64,000 bases of DNA from Pirellulales bacterium (GTDB lineage: Bacteria; Planctomycetota; Planctomycetia; Pirellulales; JAICIG01), in NCBI GenBank assembly GCA_963786255.1, contig CAWAYY010000049.1, positions 109,795 through 173,794 of the forward strand, read 5' to 3'. This document shows, one piece after another, positions 25,158-35,582 of the stretch (position 1 is its first letter; each line of letters begins with the position of its first letter). The notes below the pieces were generated by a model that saw only the letters and a list, made by a program, of their open reading frames with translations, was not told where the DNA came from and ran no database searches. A program made the position numbers and the translations under genes.

Positions 25158-27952
25158 TTACCTGCCGTATCTGGGCGGGCGGCCAGCGGAACGGCGGGGG
25201 ACGAAGGGGGCGGCAATCGGAGCGGTCCGGCGGCCCGGCGGCCGGCGAATAATGCGTTCGACCGTCAGGTTGTCGATCGAGGCCTCGCCGAGGCCGGTCA
25301 TGGCGATCGTGATCGTCAACTTGCCCGAGGCGGGGGCGGCGCGGTAAAGCGTGAACTCCTTCCAGGCGTTGGCCTGCCCAATGCGCTCGGCCAGCGGCTC
25401 GCCTCCCAGCGAGTCGAAAATCAACAACCCGTCGAGGCTGCCGGTAATCGGTCGCGGCACGTACGCCCAGCCGTGGATGCGCAGCCACTGGCCGGCCTGC
25501 ACCTGCACCGGCGGCGAGACCAGCCACAGCGGCGGCGTTTCCAGCATGTCCACGGGCTTTTCCGGATCGCTCGGTTCGACCGCGAATTGAAAGCTGTAGG
25601 CGCCGGCGTACGGCATGGGTTTTGACAACAATTGGCCGTGGGCGGCGCACGCCGTCCGACTCGTGCGAGTAGAGGCGCCAACCGGCGTTGCGCATGCGGT
25701 AATAGTTCTCCATGCCGCCTTCCGGCAACAGGTTCGGCGAGCGCTCGGCCGAGTCGAGTTCTGTCAAGAAGGCCCACTGTTCGGGCAGCGTGACAAAGCT
25801 GGCCGCCAAAGGGCTCGAGGCGGGACTTCCGATCGCTTCAAGGGCTTTTGCCCAATGGTGGCGCTCGAGCAGCGAAACGCAGCGCATCGTGCCGCGCGGC
25901 GTTCACCGCCGCAGCGCGATAGTCTCTGCCGTTCAGACTGCGGTTGGCGTTATCGAGATTGAGCTGAGCCTCGCGCAGCCATTGCGGCGCGTCGAGACTG
26001 GCCTGGCCTCGGCGCGTCAGGTCCGCGTCGACCTGCTCCGCTTCGGCCAGTTTGAAGGCGGCCAGATCGCGGGCGATCCGAGCGGTCCTGGGGCCGCTGG
26101 CCTGCGAGGACCGGGTCAGGCGCCCAATGGTTACGTCATCGGTGATCGCCACCATGGCCGTCAAACCGAACTCCGCGATCTCGACGTGCAGCCCGCCCAG
26201 CTTGCGGCTTTGGTTGACGGCCGGCCGCAGACCGCCCGGCGTGATTTCCAGGGCCCTGTGCGATTGCGGAGCGCCCGGCACGATGAACGAAAGATTGTTG
26301 CCGGCGAGCTGATCGAGAACGTACTGCCCGCCGGTTCCCATCCAGATGGGCAACAGCAACCGCGTATGGTCGGTCTGCAGCACCGCGCCGGTGACGCCCG
26401 GGTTGGCGCCCGAAGCGTCGAGCACCTCGACTTCCGCCTTCAGGCTGCCGGCGGCGACCCACGATTCGATCAACTCCGCATTGCGATTAATTAATTCCAG
26501 CGTCCAGGCGCGCTGTTTCGTGTCATTGTCGGTTGCGTCCAGCGGCGTTCGAGAGGCGAAGGCCAGGCCTCGCGCACCGGCCACCAGGGCGGCTTGCGCC
26601 AACAGGCGGATCTGCTCGCTGGCGGCCGACGGCGTCCGGCCGCGTCCGTCCGCCAGCAGAGAAACCTGATCGAGCAGTTCCGGGGCAAGTTGCGTCTGGA
26701 TCACGGCCCAGAAGGGCGTGCCCGCCAGAGTCAAGCGCGGCCGCTGGTACAACCATTTGGCATAGTCGGCCAGTTCAAAGCTGGTTCCCAGCGGGAAGCG
26801 CCGCGCCATCAGGATCGCCGCCGGCAAGCGGCTGTAGGCCTCCAGTTCGCTTTCAGGGTCGCAGACGATCGGCCGCGGAGTCTCGCCGTCGGCGCGGCGG
26901 ACCTCGTCGGCCCAGCGCCGCGTGGCTTCCAGGTCGCGCCCGGTCAGTCCTTGGCCCAGACGCCACGCCAAAACCGGATCGTAGCGCGTATCGAACGGCG
27001 CCAACGTTCCTTGCGGTCCGTCCGGATCTTCGAGACCGGACGGACGAGGCGGCGGACAGACCAGCCACAGACCGACGCGCAGGGCCTCGTCGAGCAACGC
27101 CGACGAAGGCGTCTCGTGCAGGAGAATGCCGTTGAAGCCCAGTTCCTTCAGAAAGCTCAGCGGCTCGCCTTGGTACTCGATCAGCCGGGGAAAGAACGGA
27201 CGGTCATCGACGAGCAGGATCGACGAAGAGAGTTCCGCTCGGGGGCGGGCCGCACCATGCAAACCGCCGGGGTTCGCAGCCGCAGAGTCTCCCGCTGCAT
27301 CGGCAATTCCGGCGGCGATGCGATCGGCGGCCACGAACCCGCCAATTTCCAGGTCGTCGATCCAGACGCGCGTTTCGCCGCGGCCGCCGTAAACATTGAG
27401 GATCAGGCGGTCGAGGTAAGCTTCGTGGGCGTCAACGCCTTGTCCCAGGCTCCCCCACAGCACGCGAAGTTGTTGTTGGAGCAACCGGGGGACGTTGTCG
27501 ATCCGGAGTTGCTGCCAACGTTCGACGTCGGAATAGCTTGTGCCCGCGATGTAGCGCACCGTCGGCTTTCCGCTGCGCGGGTCGAGCGTGCGCGGCAGCA
27601 CGACGCGCGCGAGCAACTGGATGCCGGGCCGGTCGGATTTAATCCACAGTCTGGGACTGAGTTCCTCGATGATACGCGCCTTGCCGACGTCGAGGGCAAA
27701 GTGCAGTTTGGTGCCGTCGCCGGCCAATACCTGGATGTATTCGCAACCGGCCCCGCGGTGTACGCCGCGGCCGGTTCTCTGGTGCGCCGTGAGCTGATAT
27801 TGAGAAACGTCGCCGCCCGCTTCGCGCCAAGCCGTCTCGGGGCTGTCAAAGCCTTCGCGGACGAAGTTCTGCGCAGCGGCCATCCGGACCGAGCTGAAGA
27901 AACCGGCAACGATGACGGCGGAACAAGCCAGCCTGGACAGGCTGTCTGTCAT
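25158..27952 (-). CDS. Large secreted hypothetical protein (~930 aa; indels near 25890 and 25640)
   Basis: Signal peptide, two carbohydrate-binding-like jelly-roll segments ending in IDD/IDN motifs, and a central barrel-like region. Joined from three ORFs. Confidence 0.7.
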
Positions 27953-28258
27953 GGGAGCGGATCCATCCTTTCCCAACGCGAAGGCAACGGTGGCAATCCG
28001 GCGCAAGGTGGCGAAGACGCCACGCGGCGCTGTCCTGAGTAACTTTCTGTAACCCTTGCTTGTATCAGGATTTGCGATTTTCCTCCAGGCCGGATGTGGC
28101 GTTTTTTCCCCATTCGGCCGCCGCCGATCCGGCGGGACGTAATCTCCTAATTCTTTTTGGCAAAAGAACTTATCGACGATTTAGGAGCCCCGACTTGATC
28201 CCTGGCATACTGTCTGCTCTAGAGGAGTGCAGACACTTCACCCCGATGAGAGCCAGCT

Positions 28259-28540
28259 ATGAACCAAGCCTCGCGAATTGCCGCCTCCTCTGCTGAAGAA
28301 CTGCCGAACGACCTGGTGGAGCTTACCAGCGTCGTTGACAGCTTGCCGCCGGAGTTGAAACAGCGAATCAGCCCTTTGCTGGTGCGCGTGATCGAGAGCA
28401 CGCGGCGGCGCCGGCGGATTCTGAATCTCGTTCAAGATGCGCTGAGCCAGCTTCGCCTGGACATGAAGTACTTGTTGTTCGACTTGGAAGCGACCCGGCG
28501 CGAACGCGATGATTATCGGCGTCAGTTAGAGCAGAACTGA
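28259..28540 (+). CDS. Small coiled-coil hypothetical protein
   Basis: RRRRILNLVQDALSQLRLDMKYLLFDLEATRRERD; intact ORF. Confidence 0.75.
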   Translation: MNQASRIAASSAEELPNDLVELTSVVDSLPPELKQRISPLLVRVIESTRRRRRILNLVQDALSQLRLDMKYLLFDLEATRRERDDYRRQLEQN

Positions 28541-28561
28541 GCAAGAATCGCCGCGGACTTG

Positions 28562-28590
28562 TTGCGGCATTCGTAGGACTAGCATACGAT
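28562..28590 (+). promoter_or_regulatory. Candidate sigma70 promoter for the kinase gene
   Basis: TTGCGG-N17-TACGAT in an AT-rich patch. Confidence 0.4.
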
Positions 28591-28700
28591 AATTAGTTGA
28601 GAATGGTTTTGTCTTCGACGCCGCTCGCCCGCCTCTTCTCCTAGGCGGGTTCGGGAGTGCGGCAGCGAAGGACGGAACAGGGAATGGGAGACCGCCTGCC

Positions 28701-30241
28701 ATGGCCGAAATGAACGCTGAACAAATCGCTCAGCGCGCATTCGACCACGACTTGCTCAATGATCGCCAGCTTCAAGAGATTTGGGGCGAGTTCGGTCGGC
28801 GCAACGTTCCCGTCGACGAATTCATCCAGTTGCTGCTGCGGCGAGAGTTGCTCACTAATTTTCAGCTCGACCGCCTTTTGCGGGGAGAGCGCGCTGGCTA
28901 CTTTTACGGCGATTACAAGGTCCTTTACATGGTTTCGGGCGGAAGTTTCGCCCGCGTGTATCGCGCCGTGCATAAGGACTCCGGAGTCGTCCGCGCCGTC
29001 AAAGTTCTCCGCAAGCGGTACAGCGACAACCCGGAGCAGACCGAGCACTTCATTCGCGAAGGCCAGGTCGGCATCACGCTGCGGCACCCGAATATCGTGC
29101 CGATCTACGAAGTCTTCTCCAAGGGACTAACGCACTTCCTGGTGATGGAATTCGTCGAAGGGGGGAACCTGCGGGAATTCCTCAAGTTCCGCAAGCGAAT
29201 CGATCCGGTCGAGGCGACTCGGCTGATGATCGACGTGACGAGCGGAATGCGATACGCCGCCGAACACGGCGTTTCTCACCGCGATTTGAAGCTGACCAAC
29301 ATCCTGGTGTCCAGCAAGGGCCAGGCCAAACTGGTCGACTTCGGACTGGCCGCCACGGATAGCAGCGTGGCCGACGAAGCCCTCGGCGATCAACTGAACC
29401 AGCGCACCATCGACTATGCCGGCCTGGAGCGGGCGACCGGCGTTCGCAAGGACGACCCGCGCAGCGACGTTTACTTCCTCGGCTGCATCTATTACCACAT
29501 GCTGATGGGCCCGCGCCGCTGCAGGAAACGCGAGACCGCATCCAGCGGCTTTCGAAATCGCGCTACCAGGAAGTCGTGCCAATCCACCAGGCCGATCCCA
29601 ACTTGCCGCGCGCCGTGACGATGGTCGTCAACCAGGCGATGCAGTTCGAACCCGACCGCCGTTACCAGTCGGCCGCCCAACTGCTGGTCGACTTGAACAT
29701 CGCCGCCGAGCGACTGGCGGCCGGCGACACGAGCAGCGGCGATCCGGAAGAGGGCGCCGACGGCCAGGACCAAGGTCGCTGGCAAGCGGAGCGAGAGCGG
29801 ATCGCCGCTTCGCTGCTGACCGACAGTCAGCGCCGCAGCGTGATGTTCGTCGAGTCGGAAACGCGGATGCAAGACTTAATCCGCGACGCGCTGAAAAAGG
29901 CCGGCTATCGGACCTTGGTGACCGCCAGCCCTCAACGCGCCGTCGAACGGTTCCAGGATGAAAAAAAGCCCGCCGAGTGCGTGATTTTCAGCACGGGCCG
30001 TCTGGGCGAAGAAGCGCTCGACGCCTTTCTGGAGTTTGCCTCGGGCGGGGAAACCAGCCAGACGCCGGCCGTGTTATTGCTGGGGCCAGATGACGGATCG
30101 TGGAAGCCAAGAGCTCAGGAAGCCGTCGCCCCGCATCGAGTCGTCGTGTCGATGCCGATCAAGGTGCGTCATCTGCTGGAGCTGCTGGCGAAGATTTTGC
30201 CGCCCGTCCCAGCGGCCGAAACCGACGCGTCGCCGCCGTAA
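28701..30241 (+). CDS. Hanks-type Ser/Thr kinase with a C-terminal receiver-like domain (indel near 29515)
   Basis: GGSFARVY, AVKVL, HPNIV, HRDLKLTN, DFG. The tail SVMFVES...GYRTL...MPIK has a REC-like pattern. Confidence 0.9.
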
Positions 30242-30295
30242 GCGCGCCTTCACCCGGCGCACTGCGCCGCCGGGACTGCGCAGAACGGCTCAGCC

Positions 30296-31249
30296 CTAGT
30301 GCTTGCCGGGCAGTTCAATGCCCATTGCCTCGAGCAGCAGCTTCATGTCGTCCCAGACGTCCTTCTTGGCGGCCGGATTGCGCAACAGATAGGCCGGATG
30401 ATACGTGCAGATCACGCGGCTGCCTCGATACTCGAAGAACTGCTTGCGCAACTTGCCGATCGGCGCCTCGGTGGCCAGTAAGGCTCGAGCGGCGACGGCG
30501 CCCAGACAGCAGATGAACTCTGGGCGGATGATCTCCAACTGACGGTCGAGAAAGCCCCGGCAATGGGCCAGTTCGTCAGGCAGCGGATTGCGGTTGCCCG
30601 GCGGGCGGCACTTGAGCGTGTTCAGGATGTACACGTCTTCGCGCTGCATCGTGCAGGCTTCGATGATCTTGGTCAAGAGCTGGCCGGCGCGACCGACAAA
30701 CGGCTCGCCCTGCCGGTCTTCGTCGGCGCCGGGCGCTTCGCCCAGAAAGCAGAGCCTGGCGTTCGGGTTGCCGACCCCGAACACGGTTTGCGTCCGAGTC
30801 TCGGCCAAGTCGCGGCAGCGGACGCACTGCGATACTTCGCGCTGAATAACTTCCAACGCCGGCAACCGTTTTGCGGCGGGCAGCGGCGGCGGTAGGTCGT
30901 CTGCGGCGGGAGACAGCTCCGCGGCAGATTTCGCTTTGGCGGCAGAGGTTTTCATCAATGGTGCTTCCAAGACGGTTTGCGGCCGCAAAGCTGCTGGAGG
31001 GAGATGATCGCGGCCGGGCGGCGCCGCCAAAGCCGAAGCTGGCGAGGGCAGGCTTGCGGCCGGTTCCAACGACTGCCGGCTGGGAGATTCGGTCGTCACG
31101 GCCGGCGGATGCGCGGGAAGCCGATACACCCCGCGAGATTTCGGCAAATGCGTCACTCCGGCCCGCTGCAAGCTCTCCAGTTTTTGCAGCGCCATTTGAC
31201 GCGCAAGGCCAAGGTCGAGCGTTTCGGAGGAGGCGGGATCGTTCGACAC
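30296..31249 (-). CDS. Uracil-DNA glycosylase, family 4
   Basis: [35 protein letters not shown]; Fe-S cysteines present. Confidence 0.95.
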   Translation of the reverse strand: MSNDPASSETLDLGLARQMALQKLESLQRAGVTHLPKSRGVYRLPAHPPAVTTESPSRQSLEPAASLPSPASALAAPPGRDHLPPAALRPQTVLEAPLMKTSAAKAKSAAELSPAADDLPPPLPAAKRLPALEVIQREVSQCVRCRDLAETRTQTVFGVGNPNARLCFLGEAPGADEDRQGEPFVGRAGQLLTKIIEACTMQREDVYILNTLKCRPPGNRNPLPDELAHCRGFLDRQLEIIRPEFICCLGAVAARALLATEAPIGKLRKQFFEYRGSRVICTYHPAYLLRNPAAKKDVWDDMKLLLEAMGIELPGKH

Positions 31250-31517
31250 GAGCGTTTCGGTTCCTTCCGCACGCCGTAGAGGCGCAATAATCCAGAGCCG
31301 GCCTGGTCGGAAACTCGGCCGACGGACGCATCACCCACAGCGCCGCGCGCCGGGCTCGGCAGGCGGGCGCTTGAATGGGTTGATCAGCGTAAGTATAAGC
31401 GCCAGAGCCGGTTTGCAAAGTAGTCCGGTCGATCTGATTGGATTGGCCCCGCCGCAGAAGGAGTTTGCCGCTGTTGCTCGAAGGGCGATTGAACTATCAT
31501 TCAGTATTATTCACGAT

Positions 31518-31686
31518 TGAGAAGCCGTTTCCGAGCGAGCCCCTGCGGATGAGGGGCGCAAAGAGGGGAGACTTTGCGGCGCCGCAGCCCTCGCCCGGGA
31601 AGCCCGCTGCCCCGGAAGCAGCTCCCTCTGGAATTGTCATACCAGCCCCGCCGCCAGGCTCAATTACGCGGATCGAGTTCGTCTCA
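31518..31686 (+). ncRNA. Candidate structured RNA (6S-like rod or der leader)
   Basis: Nested pairings TGAGA/TCTCA, TCCG/CGGA, GAGCC/GGCTC, GGGGC/GCCCC and AGAGGGGAG/CTCCCTCT, with an internal bubble. Confidence 0.35.
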
Positions 31687-33098
31687 TGGGAGTTCCCCAG
31701 GTCGTTATCGTCGGCCGACCCAATGTCGGCAAATCGAGCTTGTTCAATTGGCTGGTGAGCAAGCGCGTGGCGATCGTCGACGATAAGGCCGGCGTGACGC
31801 GAGATCGCCTCACGCATCTGATGTGCATCGGCGACCGGTACTATCGAGCTGGTGGATACCGGCGGAATGGGGGTCGAGGACGTCGACAACCTGACCGCGC
31901 ATATCGAGGAGCAGATTGAGACGGCCATCGATTCGGCCGACCTGCTGCTGTTCGTCGTCGATTCCCGCGAGGGTTTGACGCCTCTGGACGAGGAGGTCGG
32001 CGCGCCGCTTGCGCTATGCGCGAGCCCCGGTGATTTGCGTCGCCAACAAGACCGACGCCTCCGCGCTCGATTCGCAGGCCGATGAATTCTACCGCCTGGG
32101 CCGCGGCAAGCTGGTTCGCACGAGCACTCGGGAAAACCGCGGCCGGCAAGAGCTGATCGACGAAATCTTCGAGCGACTGCCCGACCACGACGGCAGCGAG
32201 CCGCCGCCGCCCGAGACGGCGATGAAGGTGGCGATCGTCGGTCGGCGGAACACGGGCAAAAGCACGTTCGTCAACACGCTGGCCCATGCCGAGCGCGTGA
32301 TCGTCAGCGAAGTGCCCGGCACCACGCGAGACAGCATTGACGTCCGCTTCGAACTCGACGGCAAGGTCTTCACGGCAATCGATACGCCCGGGCTCAGGCG
32401 ACGGAAAAGCATTTCCACCGATATCGACTTTTACAGCACCCACCGGGCGCAGCGCAGCATCCGCCGGGCTGACGTCGTGCTGCTGTTTTTCGACGCCACC
32501 GAGCGGATCAGCAAGGTTGACAAGCAACTCTGCGACTACGTGGCCGAGCAGTACAAGCCGTGCATCTTCGTCGTCAATAAATGGGACATGCTGGCCGGCG
32601 GACTGCCGACCGAAAAATGGGTCGCCTACCTGCGCGACACGTTTCGCACCATGCACCACGTGCCGATCGCCTTCATCACCGGCCAGACGGGCAAGAACGT
32701 CAAAGCTCTGTTGAACCACGGCCAGATGCTGTTCAAGCAGGCGCGCGAGCGGATCGGCACCTCGGACCTGAATCGCGTGCTGCGAGCGGCGATCGAATAC
32801 AATCGTCCTCCGCTCTATAAGCATCGCCTGCCGAAGATTTACTATGCCACGCAGGTGGGCGTCGAACCGCCGACGCTGGTGTTGTTCTGCAACAACCCGC
32901 AAGCGATCAGCGCGAATTATCGCCGCTACCTGCTCAGCGTATTCCGCGACCATTTGCCGTTCGCCGAAGTCCCGATCAAGCTTTATCTGCGCCGGCGCGA
33001 AGGGGCCGTGGGAGGCGCAGCCGAGCGCAGCCGAGGAGCCGGAATCGCCCGAAGAAGAAGGAACGCAATTGCCGCTGGACGCGGACGAGGTGAAGTAA
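31686..33098 (+). CDS. der: Ribosome biogenesis GTPase Der (EngA), three indels
   Basis: Two G-domains ([21 protein letters not shown] and [21 protein letters not shown]) plus a KH-like tail (IYYATQV..PP). Confidence 0.95.
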
Positions 33099-34208
33099 GT
33101 GATTGTCGGCGTGCCGAAAGAAATCAAGCGCGACGAATACCGCGTGGCGCTGCTGCCGGTGGGCGTCGAAGAGTTGACGCGTCGCCGGACATACCGTGTT
33201 GTTCGAAGCCGGCGCCGGTTTGGGTTCTGGCCTGACGGACGAAGTCTACGCCGAACAAGGCGCGCAACTGGTCGAAGGTCCGGAACGGGTGTTTGGCGAG
33301 GCCGACCTGATCGTCAAAGTCAAAGAGCCGCTGCCGCCCGAGTGGCCGCGGTTGCGCGCCGGCCAGACGATGTTCACCTACTTTCACTTCGCCGCCGACC
33401 GCAAGCTGACGGAAGCCATCGTGGCTTCCGGCATTACGGCCGTGGCCTATGAAACGCTGCGCGATGAGCGGGGCCGGCTGCCGCTGCTCACGCCGATGAG
33501 CGAAGTGGCCGGGCGGATGAGCATCCAGGAGGGCGCCAAGTACCTGGAGCGGCCGCAGATGGGCCGCGGCATTTTGCTGGGCGGCGTGCCGGGCGTGGCG
33601 CCGGCGCGGATCACCATTCTCGGCGGGGGAGTCGTCGGCGCCAATGCGGCCAAGGTGGCGGCCGGCTTCGGCGCCAACGTCGGTTTGCTCGACGTCAACA
33701 TGGACCGCCTGCGCTATCTCGACGACATCATGCCGCCGAACGTCGATTGCCTGTTCAGCGACCGGCACACGATCCGCGAGCAGCTCGCTCGGGCCGATCT
33801 GGTAATCGGTTCGGTATTGATTCCGGCGCGAAAGCGCCGCGGCTGATCGAAGCCGAGGATCTCAAGCTGATGCAGCCCGGCAGCGTGATCATCGACGTCG
33901 CCATCGACCAGGGAGGCTGCGTCGCCACCAGCCGGCCTACGACGCACAGCGAACCGACCTTCACCGTTGAGAACGTCGTTCACTACTGCGTGACCAATAT
34001 GCCTGGCGCGGTGGGCCGAACCAGCACCTACGCGTTGTGCAACGTCACCTTGCCGTGGGTGCTGCAACTGGCCAACCGAGGCGTCGAGACGGCGGCCCAA
34101 ACGTTCAAGCCGATCGCCCGCGCCATCAACATCTTCGACCACAAGGTCGTCAACAAGGCCGTCGCCGACACCTTCGACTTGCCCTGGGACGGGCGTTTCG
34201 AAAGCTGA
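33099..34208 (+). CDS. ald: Alanine dehydrogenase (two indels)
   Basis: IVGVPKEIK..EYRVAL, KVKEP, PMSEVAGR, GGGVVG, DVAIDQGGC, PTTH, NMPGAV. Confidence 0.95.
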
Positions 34209-34483
34209 AACGGCGAGCGCATTCGGCGGTTTTCTCTGACGCCCGGCGCGTGCGATCTCGCGGATAGACGCCGGGGCTGGCGGGAAAACGGCATCCGCTC
34301 GGTGAATCGGCGTTACGTCGGTTTTGCTCCGCCTCGATCCGCGCTTGTCGCGGTCGCGCGTTGATTTGCAGGTCGCCGTGCGAGTGCGGGCGGCGGTTCG
34401 GCTCTCCGCCGCGTGTCTCGCATTTCATCGCTTTTTGCTCTTGTCAGGTTGCGAAATAAAAAAATCTGATTTTGCGGCCGTAA

Positions 34484-34505
34484 TTTCATGTTGTTTTAAG
34501 GTTGC
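34484..34505 (+). promoter_or_regulatory. OmpR/PhoB-family-like direct repeat (11-bp period)
   Basis: TTTCATGTTGT TTTAAGGTTGC in an AT-rich region ~90 bp upstream of the EF-hand gene. Confidence 0.45.
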
Positions 34506-34595
34506 TTCCCTAGACTTGCCCCAGCAATGAGGCGCTGGCGCTTGCCGCCCTCTGCAATCGGGCCACTCGAATTCAAGACGTTTAAGGAGATCTCT

Positions 34596-35447
34596 ATGAA
34601 GGCCTTTCCCAAGTACGCGGCGTTGCTCATCGCCGGTGCGGCGATCGGAGCCCTGGCGCTGGCGGCCGGAGCGCAACCGCCCGACGGCGCCCGCGAAGGC
34701 GGGTCCCGACGACAAGGCGACCGCCGCCCGGGTCCGCCCGAAGGCCGGCGGCCGCCTCCGCCGCTGGAAATAGCGCTCGATGTCGACCAGGACGGCGATA
34801 TCTCGGCGGCCGAAATCGAAAACGCCGTCGCGGCGCTGAAGTCTCTCGACAAGAACGAAGACGGCAAGCTGACTCCGGATGAATATCGCCCGCCGCGTCC
34901 GCCGATGGATCGCGACGGCGGCGGCCGCCGAGGCGAACTTGGGTCGCGCCGGCCGGGCGGCGACCGCGACGGCGACCGGCGATCGTCGGCGGGCGAAGGC
35001 GGACGCCCGGGAGCGGGCGATTGCCCCCGAGGCGATGAAGGGTCGAGCCTCGAGGGGGATCGTGGCCGCCGCGGGCCGCCGCGCGACCAGGGATTCGGCG
35101 GACCCGAGGGTAATCGCGGACGCCGGCCGACAGAGCGAGATGGCGATTCCGCCGGTCCCGAAGGACGGCGCGGGCGCGGCGGGCCGCCGCGAGACTCGAA
35201 GGCATTCGTCGATCGCGTGTTGCAATTCGATGACAACGGCGACGGCAAAGTCGCCAAAGGTGAGTTGCCGGAGCAGATGCAGCAATTGCTCGAGCGAGGC
35301 GATACGAACGACGACGGAGCGCTCGACCGGGCTGAACTAGAGCGGCTTGGTCAGCGCAGCGGCGGCGGTCGCGCGGGGCGACGCTCGGCGCCGCCTCAAG
35401 ACGCGGGCGGCGCCGGCGACCGTCCGCGGCGACCCGCCGAGGAGTGA
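34596..35447 (+). CDS. Secreted EF-hand protein with Gly/Arg/Pro-rich linkers
   Basis: RBS AAGGAG, signal peptide, and four EF loops (DVDQDGDISAAE, DKNEDGKLTPDE, DDNGDGKVAKGE, DTNDDGALDRAE). Confidence 0.9.
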   Translation: MKAFPKYAALLIAGAAIGALALAAGAQPPDGAREGGSRRQGDRRPGPPEGRRPPPPLEIALDVDQDGDISAAEIENAVAALKSLDKNEDGKLTPDEYRPPRPPMDRDGGGRRGELGSRRPGGDRDGDRRSSAGEGGRPGAGDCPRGDEGSSLEGDRGRRGPPRDQGFGGPEGNRGRRPTERDGDSAGPEGRRGRGGPPRDSKAFVDRVLQFDDNGDGKVAKGELPEQMQQLLERGDTNDDGALDRAELERLGQRSGGGRAGRRSAPPQDAGGAGDRPRRPAEE

Positions 35448-35582
35448 GACGGTCTCGCTCTGCGAAAAACGCAAGGTCGACGCTCCAGCCCCGCCGTGCG
35501 AAGCTCGCTCGGCGCAGCGGAAACGCGACCCGGGGCTCTGCCGTTGAAATGCCACTGACTCGTTTCCCGAGAGTAACGATCG

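Noticed and set aside
31535-31600. GGGGCGCAAAG resembling a c-di-GMP-I riboswitch; CCGGAAGCAGC nearby resembling SRP RNA
   Set aside because: It lacks the GCAAACC/GNRA loop and tetraloop receptor of c-di-GMP-I, and the CAGG..GGAA..AGCAG geometry of SRP is absent.
31686-34208. der and ald as pseudogenes or programmed frameshift sites
   Set aside because: Der is essential, all motifs are conserved and no consistent slippery sequence is seen; sequencing error is more parsimonious.
34680-35440. Repetitive GGC/CGC-rich DNA suggesting a tandem repeat or array
   Set aside because: Explained by the low-complexity Gly/Arg/Pro linkers of the EF-hand protein.
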